This document shows, piece after piece, positions 8,573 through 18,940 of a DNA stretch of 64,000 bases (the first letter of the stretch is position 1; every line of letters begins with the position of its first letter). Below the pieces are notes generated by a model that saw nothing but the letters and a program-made list of their open reading frames with translations, had not been told where the DNA came from and searched no databases. The stretch is taken from positions 576,001-640,000 of the forward strand of contig JAVZCZ010000001.1 in NCBI GenBank assembly GCA_038874135.1, read 5' to 3'. Both the position numbers and the translations under genes were made by a program. The DNA is from Candidatus Woesearchaeota archaeon. Lineage in GTDB: Archaea; Nanobdellota; Nanobdellia; Woesearchaeales; 0-14-0-80-44-23.

Positions 8573-9520
8573 ATGGATATCTTAGACTTAAATGCGAAAA
8601 GAGGAAAGTTTTTACTTCTGGTTGGCCCGATGAATTCTGGAAAAACAGAAACTGCAATACGCTGGGCTGAAAACATCGCTAATCACACCGATTGTAACTT
8701 GCTCTTCTTCAAGCCGGACATAGATGTAAGAAGTCCAAAAGATCGTGTGATTTCAAACAGCTCTTTGGGAAAACTAGAGTTCCCTGCAATAACAATAAGC
8801 TCTCAAAACCCTGAGGAAGCACTGGAAATTATAAAAAATGAAAAAAAATTTGTTGACGCAATCTTCTTTGACGAATTAAACTTTTTCAATAAAAAGATAG
8901 TTGAAGTTATTGAAGAACTTAGAAAGGGAGATGGAAGACAAAGAATAATTGTTGGAACTGGTTTAGACAAAACATTCAGAGGAGAACCTTTTGAACCTGT
9001 AGACCTGCTCATCCTAAGCGCAGATGAGGTTGAATTTCACCATGCCTACTGCAAACATATTTTAAAAGATGAAAACGGATTCAAACAGTGCAAAAAACCG
9101 GCTTCCTACACCATGCGGCTCGTCCTAAGCGAAGGAAAAGAGAAGGAAACTTATGATTTTTTTGATAAGGAGAACAGGCCTGTATTGGGAAAATACTTGC
9201 CAGTAAAATATTATGATCCCACTATAGTTGTTGAAAGAAAAGAAAGTGGAGAATTTCCCAGAGTGTATTATATTTCTGTTTGCAGAGATTGTTTTAAAAT
9301 TGATGGAAAAAGAAGGGTTGTTGAAGTTTATGATTTCATAAGAAAAAAGAAAGGAGCGTCTTTAGAAGAAATAGTTAAAAAATTCTCTGAAGAAGAAGAT
9401 GGTGAAATAATCACTTTCCTAAAAGAGGAAAAAAAGATTTATGAAAGGAACGGAAAATTTTTTGCGACTTCTTATGAATATGATTATCAATTAAAAACTT
9501 ATCTTCCAAAAGAAGTTTAG
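8573..9520 (+). CDS. tdk: thymidine kinase (TK1-like) with C-terminal extension
   Basis: P-loop GPMNSGKT, FKPDIDVR, FDELNFF, GLDKTFRGEPF, Zn ligands C...C and CRDC. Confidence 0.85.
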   Translation: MDILDLNAKRGKFLLLVGPMNSGKTETAIRWAENIANHTDCNLLFFKPDIDVRSPKDRVISNSSLGKLEFPAITISSQNPEEALEIIKNEKKFVDAIFFDELNFFNKKIVEVIEELRKGDGRQRIIVGTGLDKTFRGEPFEPVDLLILSADEVEFHHAYCKHILKDENGFKQCKKPASYTMRLVLSEGKEKETYDFFDKENRPVLGKYLPVKYYDPTIVVERKESGEFPRVYYISVCRDCFKIDGKRRVVEVYDFIRKKKGASLEEIVKKFSEEEDGEIITFLKEEKKIYERNGKFFATSYEYDYQLKTYLPKEV

Positions 9521-9573
9521 AAAACTTTTTATAGTGCATTTCAATTTAGGAAAGGAAAAAGGAGGTGTTAGTT

Positions 9574-9810
9574 ATGGCTGTTGAGCCTGTCATTTATGTA
9601 ATTCTGGCAATATTATTTGGAATAGTTGCTGCAATATTATATAGTCTAAGAATTGTAGTAATAATGGAAAGAAGAATTGCTCGTATGGACTTCAACCTCA
9701 TGCGTCTAACTGAAAAGATCGCTAGGGAAGAGGAAGAAGTAATAAAAGAAGAGAAAAAAATAGAAGAGGAAGAAAAGAAGATGGAGAAAAAGGTAAGAGC
9801 GAAAAAGTAG
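9574..9810 (+). CDS. small membrane-anchored coiled-coil protein
   Basis: GGAGGTG RBS; one TM helix followed by an E/K-rich coiled coil. Confidence 0.7.
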   Translation: MAVEPVIYVILAILFGIVAAILYSLRIVVIMERRIARMDFNLMRLTEKIAREEEEVIKEEKKIEEEEKKMEKKVRAKK

Positions 9811-9820
9811 GATTTCTAAA

Positions 9821-10732
9821 ATGGAAATTGAAGAGGCTGTTAGACAGATAAAAGAGTTGAAAGTTCAAGGCGCAGAAAACATAGCTAGATTCGCAGTTAA
9901 AACTCTGATGGAAGTCGTTAAAAATTCTGAAGCGCAGACTGTCAGCAGCCTCTACACTGAATTAAGTGATGCAGCCAGACGTCTCTCCCAGGCTAGACCT
10001 ACTGAGCCTTGCATGTTCAACTCCTTCAGATATGTTTTTGTAGGGCTCAAAAAGGGTTCTGCAGTTGAGCTTTACAAGAGTGCTCTGGAAAGGATGGAGG
10101 CTGTTCTGAAACATTTTGACGAAGCGCAAGAGACAATAGCTGAAATTGGTGCAAAAAAGATAAAAAATGGCAGTGTTGTTTTTACACACTGCCACTCTTC
10201 AACTGTAATAAAGATTTTAGAGAAGGCAAAGAAGCAGGGAAAGAGATTTGAAGTATATAATACTGAAACAAGACCACTATATCAGGGAAGAAAAACTGCT
10301 GAAGAGCTTAATGCTTTAGGAATTCCAGTAACTCATTTTGTAGACGCAGCTGCAAGATATGCAATAAAAAAATGCGACATAGCACTAATAGGAGCAGATG
10401 CGATCACCAGCGATGGAAAGGTGATAAACAAGATAGGCTCAGAGCTTTTTGCAGAGGTGGCAAAGAAGTTTGAAGTGCCATTCTATTCCTGCACAGACTC
10501 CTGGAAGTTTGATGTGGAGAGCATTTTTGGATATGAAAAAAATCTTGAAATAAGAAGTCCAAATGAAATCTGGCCTGAAGCGCCTTCTGGAATCAAAATA
10601 AATAATTACGCCTTTGAAAAGGTAGATGCAGAGCTCATAACAGGTCTCATTTCTGAGTTAGGAATTTACCACCCTGATGTGTTTGTCCAAGAGATTAGAA
10701 GAACATACCCTGAATTATTCAAAAAATATTAA
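9821..10732 (+). CDS. ribose-1,5-bisphosphate isomerase / eIF2B-like protein
   Basis: VQGA, RPTEP, THCHS, ETRP, GADAI, NKIGS motifs. Confidence 0.85.
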   Translation: MEIEEAVRQIKELKVQGAENIARFAVKTLMEVVKNSEAQTVSSLYTELSDAARRLSQARPTEPCMFNSFRYVFVGLKKGSAVELYKSALERMEAVLKHFDEAQETIAEIGAKKIKNGSVVFTHCHSSTVIKILEKAKKQGKRFEVYNTETRPLYQGRKTAEELNALGIPVTHFVDAAARYAIKKCDIALIGADAITSDGKVINKIGSELFAEVAKKFEVPFYSCTDSWKFDVESIFGYEKNLEIRSPNEIWPEAPSGIKINNYAFEKVDAELITGLISELGIYHPDVFVQEIRRTYPELFKKY

Positions 10733-10800
10733 GCTTTTGCAAATAAAAAGTAGTTAAGGCGTGGCAAAAATTTTAAGTTCAAATTTTTAAGTTGAAGTCC

Positions 10801-11726
10801 CTCTCAGACCTTAATTTCGCGTGGAAGCTTTTTTTATCATCATAGAAATAAAAATCAGGAAATAATAAAAGCGAGAGATGATAAAAAGCGAAAGTGATAG
10901 GATTCCAAGAAAAGAAATAATAAAGAAAAAGAACAGAAGAATAAGATAAGATTAAGGAATAATAAGATAAGATGAAAATGCTAATAAAAAAATCAAATGG
11001 TTCTGAAAGAAATTTTAGAAAATGAAGTTTTAATAGATTGTTTTTAAAAATATTTTTTTAAAATATATTTTTCAAAATATATTTAAAAATTATATTAAGA
11101 ATTATGTTTAAAAATATAAAAACTAAAAACAAAAAAGACAGAATAATAAAAAATATTTAATTTCAATATTGAAAAAAATAAAAAATAATTATTCTTACTA
11201 TATTTATTATTTTATTATGAATATTTTATAATAGATATTTAAAAACATGTTTTATATGATATATTTTTCAATATATTCTTTATTTCTTAAATTTTTGACT
11301 AATCATTTAGAATATGTTTTTCTTTAATATATTCTTTATTTTTTGTATTTTATGTTTTATATTTTCAATCATATATTTTTGTCTTTCGTATTTCTGCCTT
11401 ATTTTTTATTTCTATTTTGATACTAAATTTTTTAATCTTTAAATTTTAACATCTCCTTTTAATTCTTTAATCTTTTATTTTTTTAGTCTGTTCCAAAAGA
11501 AACAAAGGTGTCAGAGTGTTGCAATGCATTTGCACGCAGAAAATTTGGCATTAACTTGTATTTTTTTTCAGATACTAAACTTGTTCTGAAAGCAAATCAG
11601 AAGATTATCGTCTAAAAAATTTTATCTAATTAAAACTGCACTATCTTTTCAGACAATCTAATGCTTGTTTTTGTTAATATATCTTTCAAAACATAAACCT
11701 TTAAATACCTTTGTTTCACTTGGAAC
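10801..11726. other. probable replication origin (oriC): inverted ORBs flanking an AT-rich unwinding element
   Basis: Minus-strand ORB 10801-10827 (CTTCCACGCGAAATTAAGGTCTGAGAG), plus-strand ORB 11490-11516 (GTTCCAAAAGAAACAAAGGTGTCAGAG) and minus-strand ORB 11708-11726 (GTTCCAAGTGAAACAAAGG). Extremely AT-rich core; directly upstream of cdc6. Confidence 0.85.
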
Positions 11727-11731
11727 TTTTT

Positions 11732-12949
11732 ATGACTCAGAACAACAACATTTCTAAAAATCTTTTTGAAAAGTTCCTTACAAAGAACTCAATATTCCTA
11801 AACAAGAGCGTACTGCAGGCAAACTACCTTCCGGACTCAATACCCCACAGAGAAGAACAGATACGGCAGATTAGGGATGTAGTAGGACCTGCGCTTCGCA
11901 TGGAAAAGCCTTCTAACCTTTTCATATACGGACAAACTGGAACTGGAAAGACTGTTACTGTCAAATACATTGCAGATGCAATGCTCAACTTTGCCAAAGC
12001 AAACAACATTCCCTTACGAATAATATACCTAAATTGCAAGATGAAAAAGGTTGCAGATACAGAATACAGGCTTGTCGCCCAGCTAGCAAGGGAGTTTGGA
12101 AAAGAAATACCTGCCACAGGCCTTCCCACAGACGAGGTTTACAAGATATTCTTCTCAGTTTTAGACAGGGAAAGGCAGATAGTTCTTCTCATCCTGGACG
12201 AGATAGACCAGCTCATAGACAAGTCTGGAGAGGAGCTACTTTACAATTTGACCAGGATAAATGAGGAGCTAAAAAACGCTCAGGTTTCAATAATTGGGAT
12301 AACCAACAGGGTTAGCTTCGGAGAAAACCTTGACCCGCGAATAAAAAGCTCGCTTTCAGAAGAAGAAATCCTCTTTCCACCATATAATGCATTACAGATA
12401 CAGAACATACTCTACCAAAGGGCAAAATACGCATTCAAGCCAGGCGTTCTAGCTGAGGGCGTAATTGAAAAATGCTCGGCATACGCAGCTAAGGAGCACG
12501 GAGATGCGAGGCGCGCTTTGGAACTACTCCGAGTTGCAGGCGAAATCGCTGAGCGAAGGGACAGCACCCAGATAACAATAGCTGACGTTGACGAAGCTGA
12601 TAGCAAGATTGAGAAAGACCGCGTTATTGACATAGTTGAAGTCCAGCCGAAAGAGTTCCAAGCTACCTTGTACGCAATAATGCGGCTTGCAAAGAACAGA
12701 AAAAACAGTGCAATCTACACTGGAGATGTTTACGAGCTGTACAGGGGCATATGCGCGGAAGCAAACTTAAGGCCGCTTACTCAGAGGCGTATTTCAGACA
12801 TCATAGGCGAGCTAGATATGGAAGGAATAATTAATGCTAAAGTGATTTCAAAAGGACGGCAGGGAAGAACTCGCGAAATATCTTTCAACCTTCCGCAAGA
12901 AATTGCAGAAAGGGTTGAGAGAATAATTAGGGATTCTTTAGGAATATGA
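11732..12949 (+). CDS. cdc6: Orc1/Cdc6 replication initiator
   Basis: PHREEQI, Walker A GQTGTGKT, ILDEID, GDARRAL, C-terminal WH (SKGRQGRTR). Start moved to ATG 11732. Confidence 0.97.
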   Translation: MTQNNNISKNLFEKFLTKNSIFLNKSVLQANYLPDSIPHREEQIRQIRDVVGPALRMEKPSNLFIYGQTGTGKTVTVKYIADAMLNFAKANNIPLRIIYLNCKMKKVADTEYRLVAQLAREFGKEIPATGLPTDEVYKIFFSVLDRERQIVLLILDEIDQLIDKSGEELLYNLTRINEELKNAQVSIIGITNRVSFGENLDPRIKSSLSEEEILFPPYNALQIQNILYQRAKYAFKPGVLAEGVIEKCSAYAAKEHGDARRALELLRVAGEIAERRDSTQITIADVDEADSKIEKDRVIDIVEVQPKEFQATLYAIMRLAKNRKNSAIYTGDVYELYRGICAEANLRPLTQRRISDIIGELDMEGIINAKVISKGRQGRTREISFNLPQEIAERVERIIRDSLGI

Positions 12950-12976
12950 ACTGCTCGTGTTAAAAAGGAATCTGCT

Positions 12977-14623
12977 ATGAATGAGGAAGAGAAAAAACAA
13001 AAGATAAAGGAAATTGTAAGAAGGCTGGCTGAACAAGGCCTGCTTGCAAGTCCCGAGCTTATTGAGCAGGAGTTGAGTCGAGCAGGCAGTCCAGATGAAG
13101 GTTTTCTTTCCAAAAAGATTGAAGATTCTGCGAGAAGGGAAATGCTGGTGTTAGATAAAACTTCAGTTCAGATTGCCAGCCGGGGTCGCGATGTGAATTG
13201 GACTGAGCTGGAAAGGGTGAAAGCTGCTAAGGAGATGGGCAAAGAATCGCGCGCTTACGAATCTTTTGTCAAGATGGCTGAATCAGCACCATCTGAACAG
13301 GAGCAGCAGGCAGATTCGTGCAGAGTGATTGTTGAAAACTTTGAAGTGGAAAATAGAAGTAGGACAGTTCAGGATTTTGTTGACTATTTTAACGCGAGAT
13401 ATGCGATGCTGGAATCAATGCTGAGAAGCAGACAGGAGCTTACTAACATTGTTTCAATAAGCAGGATATCTAAGAAGAGGGATAGGGAAGAGGTTTCCCT
13501 AATTGGAATGGTTTTTGATAAGAGTGTTACCAAGAACGGAAATATAATTCTTACCTTGGAAGACACTACTGGAAGAATAAATGTTCTTTTTAATAAGGGA
13601 AAAAAAGAGCTCTATCAAGCTGCCAAGGACACTGTACTGGATGAGGTCGTAGGAATTAATGGAGTAACATCTGATAATATCGTTTTTGCAAATGCTCTGA
13701 TAAGGCCAGACATTCCTGTGATTGAAAAGAAGAGCTCTCCTGAGGAGGGTTACGCAGTTTTTCTTTCAGACCTTCATGTAGGTTCAAAAAAGTTTTTGCT
13801 AGAAGAGTTCAATAAGTTTTTAGAATGGATAAACGGCAACGCGGGAAACCCTTCACAGAGGGAGATAGCATCCAAGGTTAAATACATATTCATTGTAGGG
13901 GACTTGATTGATGGAGTGGGGATATATGCAGAGCAGGACAAGGATCTAACCACGAAGGATGTAAAAGAGCAGTATGATGAATGTGCTGCTCTTCTCTCAA
14001 AAATCCCCAAGCATATTAAGCTAATAATTTCTCCTGGAAACCACGATGCAATGCGAATAGCCGAGCCTCAGCCAAAGCTTTATGATGATTTTGCAGAATC
14101 TATTTGGAAGCTTCCGAACGCTATTTTAGTAACTAATCCAGCTCTAGTGAATATTGACTCCTCAGAAAATTTTTCAGGATTTAATGTGCTGATTTATCAC
14201 GGCTACAGCTTTGACTACTATGTTTCAGAAGTTGAATCCATCCGCGCCAAGGGCGGCTATGACAAGGCAGATCTGATAATGAAGTTTCTTCTAGAGCGGA
14301 GACACCTTGCTCCAGCAACATCTTCAACACTTTTCATTCCAGAAACGACAAAGGATCCGCTGGTAATAAGCAAGATTCCAGACATCTTTGTAACAGGGCA
14401 CATACATAAGTGCTCTGCTTCCATCTACAAAAACATAGTGCTTATAGGCGGAAGCTGCTGGCAGGCAAAAACAGAGTTTCAAGAAAGGGTTGGACATCAT
14501 CCACTCCCTGCAAGGGTTCCAATAATGAATCTGAAAACGAGGGAGATAAAGATACTTAATTTTGAAAAACAGCAGAAGGAGGAAAAGGTTGATGGACGAG
14601 CCGAGCAAGAGAGAAGCCAGTGA
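12977..14623 (+). CDS. polB: DNA polymerase D small (proofreading) subunit DP1
   Basis: OB fold plus calcineurin-like SDLHVGS, GDLIDG, PGNHD, YHG, GHIH. Confidence 0.96.
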   Translation: MNEEEKKQKIKEIVRRLAEQGLLASPELIEQELSRAGSPDEGFLSKKIEDSARREMLVLDKTSVQIASRGRDVNWTELERVKAAKEMGKESRAYESFVKMAESAPSEQEQQADSCRVIVENFEVENRSRTVQDFVDYFNARYAMLESMLRSRQELTNIVSISRISKKRDREEVSLIGMVFDKSVTKNGNIILTLEDTTGRINVLFNKGKKELYQAAKDTVLDEVVGINGVTSDNIVFANALIRPDIPVIEKKSSPEEGYAVFLSDLHVGSKKFLLEEFNKFLEWINGNAGNPSQREIASKVKYIFIVGDLIDGVGIYAEQDKDLTTKDVKEQYDECAALLSKIPKHIKLIISPGNHDAMRIAEPQPKLYDDFAESIWKLPNAILVTNPALVNIDSSENFSGFNVLIYHGYSFDYYVSEVESIRAKGGYDKADLIMKFLLERRHLAPATSSTLFIPETTKDPLVISKIPDIFVTGHIHKCSASIYKNIVLIGGSCWQAKTEFQERVGHHPLPARVPIMNLKTREIKILNFEKQQKEEKVDGRAEQERSQ

Positions 14624-17600
14624 AGAGATGCAGGAATATTTTAAGAGTATAGAAAGAGAGCTCCTGAGAGCGTACGAGGTGGCGGGCCGCGCAAGAGCAA
14701 AAGGACTTGATCCTGAAAGGAAGGTGGACATACCTTTAGCAAGAAACATGGCTGAAAGGGTTAACGGCATAATCTCAGCAGCAGCCCCCTTTCTAGATGG
14801 AAATGCTCTCATTCTCAGAATAAAAGAGTTGGAAGCACAATACGGCGCATTGGACTGGAGAGTCGCCTTAACAATATCCTTAGAGGTAGCACAAGAAAAG
14901 TTTGGCAAGTTTTCCAGCAAGAAAGAAGCAATGGAAGTTGGCATCAGGACCGGATTTACATATCACACCCTGGGCATAGTTTCAGCCCCGCTAGAAGGAT
15001 TTACTGAGCTTAAGATAAAAAAGAGGCGCGACAACAAAGAGTACCTCGCAGCATGCTTTGCAGGCCCCATAAGAGGCGCTGGAGGAACTGCAGCAGCATT
15101 CTCGCTTATCCTTACCGACTATGTCAGGCAGAAGATGGGCTACCTTCCATATGATCCGGATCCAACTGAAGTTGAGAGATACATAATAGAATTAGAAGAT
15201 TATCATGAAAGGGTAACTAACCTGCAATACCACGCAACACCTGAAGAGTTAGAATTCTTAGTTAAGAACCTTCCAGTTGAAATCGACGGGGAGCCGACAG
15301 AGACCTTAGAAGTGAGCAAGAATAAAGACCTGCCGAGGGTTGAAACTAATAGGATAAGAGGCGGAGTTGCCCTAGTACTTTCAATGCTAGCGCTAAAAGC
15401 TCCAAAACTATGGAAGGAGCTATCCAAATGGGGCTCAGAGTTTGGTCTGGACGATTGGAACTTCCTTAAACAGTTCCTAGAAATACAGAAGAAAGCAAAA
15501 GCAGGCAGCTCCACCTCTGAAAAGAGCGAAGCTAAAATACTTCCAAACTACACCTTCATCTCAGACCTCGTGGCTGGAAGGCCCGTACTCACATACCCGA
15601 TGGCTTTCGGAGGTCTCAGACTCAGATACGGCAGATCCCGCCTCAGCGGCTATTCTGCAGCTGCAATTCATCCAGCCACAATGATCGTGCTTAAAAAATA
15701 TATTGCAACTGGAACCCAGCTCAAACTTGAACGCCCAGGAAAGGCAGCTTCAATAACTCCTTGCGATACGATTGAAGGACCCATAGTCAAGCTGGAAAAT
15801 GAGGATGTGATAAAGTTAAATTCTGTAGCCGAAGCAAATGCAGTTTCAGGACAGATTAAAGAAATATTGTTCTTAGGAGATATCCTCATCTCGTATGGTG
15901 ACTTCTTAGACAGAAATCATGTCCTTGTGCCAGCAGGATACACTGAGGAACAGTACGCGCGCGAGCTGGAAAAGAAAACTGTAGGGCTGTTCGGCACCAT
16001 GGACTTCAAAAAGCTGAGCGAACTCTGCGAGGTGAGTGCAGACAAGCTCCAAGCAATCTGCCAAAACCCGACATCCCAACTGGATGTAATTTCAGCATTC
16101 AAATTGTGCGCTTCAATCCAAATGCCGCTGCATCCTGCATATACTTGCTATTGGAAAGGAATTGGACCTGAGCAATTAAAACTTTTAATCCTGGCTTTCA
16201 GCGAAGCTGAAATATTTGAGGATTCCAGCTCAACTGAAAAGAATGAAACAAACCTAAAGGTTGTTCTCAAAAAGAAAAGAGGGGAGAAGCGCGCGCTTGA
16301 GCTTATAGGCCTGCCTCACAGAACTGCCCCAGAGAACATAGTGATAAGCGGTGCAGAAGCATTAGTGCTACTAAGGCTGTTTCCAGTGCTAGAAATGTTA
16401 AGAGCAGGTTTCTCGCAAGAGAGAATCGTTGAAGAAGTGAAAAGAGAAATTGGAATTGCATCAGAAAATGAAGTTCTTGAAGCTATTAGAAAGATTAGTG
16501 GGATTGAAGTGAGAGATAAAGCTGGAACATTTATTGGAGCCAGAATGGGGAGGCCAGAAAAGGCTAAAATGCGCGAGCTTACAGGAAGTCCGCACGTGCT
16601 GTTCCCGGTTGGGGAGGAAGGGGGAAAAATGCGTAGTTTCCAAGCAGCAGATTCAGCAGGGAAGGTCACTGCTGATTTTCCCCTCTACTTCTGCGAAAAA
16701 TGCAACTCTAGAACAATATATCCCGTCTGCGAAAACTGCGGTTCTGAAACCAAACAAAAATTCTTTTGTAGTGAGTGCGGCGAGCTCTCAACACCGCGCT
16801 GCAAACACGGAAATGCACGCCCATACTCTACAAGGTCAATAGACATATCCTACTATCTTAAGAAGAGCCAAGAGCATCTGCAGTTTAAAACAATTCCCGA
16901 CCTTATAAAAGGAGTCAGGGGAATGAGCAGCAAGGATAAAATTCCAGAGAATCTGGCAAAAGGAATACTTAGGGCGAAGCACAAAATCTATGTTAATAAA
17001 GACGGAACAACAAGGTATGACATGACCGAGCTGCCAATAACCCATTTTAGGCCATCTGAGATAGGTACGAGCATTCAAAAGCTTAGAGAATTAGGTTACA
17101 CTAAAGATGTTTACGGAGAAGAATTAACTAGACCAGACCAGCTGTTGGAGTTGAAGCCGCAGGACATAATTCTTCCAGGAGGGCGCTATTCTATGGATGA
17201 ATCTGCAGCAGAGGTTCTCTTACGCGTGGGAAACTTTGTAGATGAGCTGCTTCAAAGCTTTTATAAGTTGCCACCATACTACAATTTTAAGTCCAGAGAA
17301 GACCTAGTAGGACAGCTGGTTATAGGATTGGCACCTCACATATCAGCAGGAATAGTCGGCCGTATAATTGGCTTTTCTGACACTCAAGGGTGCTTTGCGC
17401 ATCCTTTGATGCATGCAGCTCACAGGAGGGACTGCGATGGTGATGAAAATTGTGTGATTCTCTTGATGGATGCGCTGCTCAACTTTTCAAGACAGTACCT
17501 TCCGGACAAGCGCGGTTCCAGAACAATGGACTCTCCACTAGTGCTTACATCAAAGCTGGTGCCGGCTGAAGTTGATGACATGGTGCAAAAGTTAGATGTC

Positions 17601-18185
17601 TGCTGGAACTATCCTCTTGAATTTTATGAAGCGTGTTCAAACTTTCAGCCGCCGGGTGCTGTTAAAATGGACATCTTAGGTTCAAGAATAGGTACAGAGC
17701 TTCAGTATGAAGGGATGGGCTTCACTCATGATGTGCGCGATATGAACGAGGGGGTAAACTGCTCGGCATATAAAACAATAATATCTATGGAAGACAAGCT
17801 AAAAGGGCAGATGGAGCTTGCAGAGCTCATACGCGCCGTGGACGAAGCAGATGTAGCGCGTTTAGTAATAGAAAAGCACTTCATAAAGGACATAAAGGGA
17901 AATCTTAGAAAGTTCTCAATACAGCAGTTCAGGTGTGTGGACTGCAACGAGAAGTACAGGCGCGTTCCTCTGGCTGGAAAATGCACCAGGTGTGGCGGAA
18001 AACTCATCTTTACCGTTTCAAAGGGTTTCGTCTTAAAGTATTTGGAGCCGAGCATAAGCATCGCTGAGAAGTATAAGGTTCCACAATACCTAAAACACTC
18101 TCTGGAATTAGTTAAGAGAAGGGTGGAAGGAGTTTTTGGAAAAGATAGGGAGAAGCAGGAGGGTCTTGGAAGGTGGTTCAGCTAA
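14592..18185 (+). CDS. polC: DNA polymerase D large subunit DP2
   Basis: YGRSR, GTFIGARMGRPEKAK, catalytic RRDCDGDE, Zn ribbons, C-terminal PIP QEGLGRWF. No intein. Confidence 0.97.
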   Translation: MDEPSKREASEEMQEYFKSIERELLRAYEVAGRARAKGLDPERKVDIPLARNMAERVNGIISAAAPFLDGNALILRIKELEAQYGALDWRVALTISLEVAQEKFGKFSSKKEAMEVGIRTGFTYHTLGIVSAPLEGFTELKIKKRRDNKEYLAACFAGPIRGAGGTAAAFSLILTDYVRQKMGYLPYDPDPTEVERYIIELEDYHERVTNLQYHATPEELEFLVKNLPVEIDGEPTETLEVSKNKDLPRVETNRIRGGVALVLSMLALKAPKLWKELSKWGSEFGLDDWNFLKQFLEIQKKAKAGSSTSEKSEAKILPNYTFISDLVAGRPVLTYPMAFGGLRLRYGRSRLSGYSAAAIHPATMIVLKKYIATGTQLKLERPGKAASITPCDTIEGPIVKLENEDVIKLNSVAEANAVSGQIKEILFLGDILISYGDFLDRNHVLVPAGYTEEQYARELEKKTVGLFGTMDFKKLSELCEVSADKLQAICQNPTSQLDVISAFKLCASIQMPLHPAYTCYWKGIGPEQLKLLILAFSEAEIFEDSSSTEKNETNLKVVLKKKRGEKRALELIGLPHRTAPENIVISGAEALVLLRLFPVLEMLRAGFSQERIVEEVKREIGIASENEVLEAIRKISGIEVRDKAGTFIGARMGRPEKAKMRELTGSPHVLFPVGEEGGKMRSFQAADSAGKVTADFPLYFCEKCNSRTIYPVCENCGSETKQKFFCSECGELSTPRCKHGNARPYSTRSIDISYYLKKSQEHLQFKTIPDLIKGVRGMSSKDKIPENLAKGILRAKHKIYVNKDGTTRYDMTELPITHFRPSEIGTSIQKLRELGYTKDVYGEELTRPDQLLELKPQDIILPGGRYSMDESAAEVLLRVGNFVDELLQSFYKLPPYYNFKSREDLVGQLVIGLAPHISAGIVGRIIGFSDTQGCFAHPLMHAAHRRDCDGDENCVILLMDALLNFSRQYLPDKRGSRTMDSPLVLTSKLVPAEVDDMVQKLDVCWNYPLEFYEACSNFQPPGAVKMDILGSRIGTELQYEGMGFTHDVRDMNEGVNCSAYKTIISMEDKLKGQMELAELIRAVDEADVARLVIEKHFIKDIKGNLRKFSIQQFRCVDCNEKYRRVPLAGKCTRCGGKLIFTVSKGFVLKYLEPSISIAEKYKVPQYLKHSLELVKRRVEGVFGKDREKQEGLGRWFS

Positions 18186-18232
18186 AAGTTAAATACCAAG
18201 ATTTAAATATCTAACCCTAATTCACTTCTTAC

Positions 18233-18640
18233 ATGGATTATGAACAAATGCTGGAGCGGGGAAGAATTAAGATTCCCGAATATTTACTGAAAAGCGAGCG
18301 GTTTGAAATTCCGAAAGTAATGGGTCATATTCAGGGAAACAAAACTGTTATTAGCAACTTTAACCAGATTGCTTCAACACTAAGGAGGGATCCTCAGCAT
18401 CTATTAAAGTTTGTTCTCAGAGAATTGGCAACTCCTGGAGAATTCAATAAGACCTTACTAATTTTCGGCAGGAAGCTTTCAGCTCAGATGATAAACGAAA
18501 AGATAGAACAGTACGCAAAAACCTTTGTGATATGCAAAGAATGTAAGAGGCCGGACACCCAGCTCATTAAAGAGAAAGATATTACTTTCTTAAAGTGCCA
18601 GGCGTGTGGAGCTAAGTATCCTGTTGAAACATTGAAGTGA
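18233..18640 (+). CDS. eif2b: translation initiation factor aIF2 beta
   Basis: RFEIP, RELATPG, CKECKRPDT...CQACGA. Confidence 0.95.
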   Translation: MDYEQMLERGRIKIPEYLLKSERFEIPKVMGHIQGNKTVISNFNQIASTLRRDPQHLLKFVLRELATPGEFNKTLLIFGRKLSAQMINEKIEQYAKTFVICKECKRPDTQLIKEKDITFLKCQACGAKYPVETLK

Positions 18641-18641
18641 G

Positions 18642-18938
18642 ATGTTTATAAAAAAACACTTTACGGACAGGGGAATACTTCTTGCAGTAGCTGATGAAAA
18701 CCTAATTGGCAGAAGATTTTCTGAAGGTAAATTTGAGCTGGAAGTTTCAGAGGATTTTTATAAGGGCGAGCTGGTTTCTGAAAAAGAACTTGAAAAACAC
18801 ATGAAGCAGGCGTATCTTCTGAACATAGTTGGAAGCAGTTCAATAAGTGTAGCTCTAAAACTTGGGCTAATTAGCAAAGAAGACATTCTACTTATTGAAG
18901 GGGTTCCTCACGCTCAGTCCATTCTTATTTATGAGTAG
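18642..18938 (+). CDS. DUF424-family protein
   Basis: LLAVADENLIG...FYKG...LNIVG...GVPHAQ; usual neighbour of aIF2 beta. Confidence 0.85.
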   Translation: MFIKKHFTDRGILLAVADENLIGRRFSEGKFELEVSEDFYKGELVSEKELEKHMKQAYLLNIVGSSSISVALKLGLISKEDILLIEGVPHAQSILIYE

Positions 18939-18940
18939 AT

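Noticed and set aside
10830-11480. CRISPR array or hidden gene in the long AT-rich intergenic region
   Set aside because: Short repeats (ATAAGATAAG, AAAAGCGA) are irregular with no repeat-spacer period, and there is no credible ORF. An origin explains it better.
14324-14944. 206-aa minus-strand ORF and the many other antisense ORFs in the track (e.g. 33121-33657, 48495-48983)
   Set aside because: They lie opposite well-supported genes, are Ser/Phe/Leu-rich as expected for shadows, and have no motifs.
4874-18185. Inteins in MCM or DP2 (also RFC at 51008)
   Set aside because: Lengths are normal, catalytic motifs are contiguous, and no intein splice or LAGLIDADG motifs were seen.
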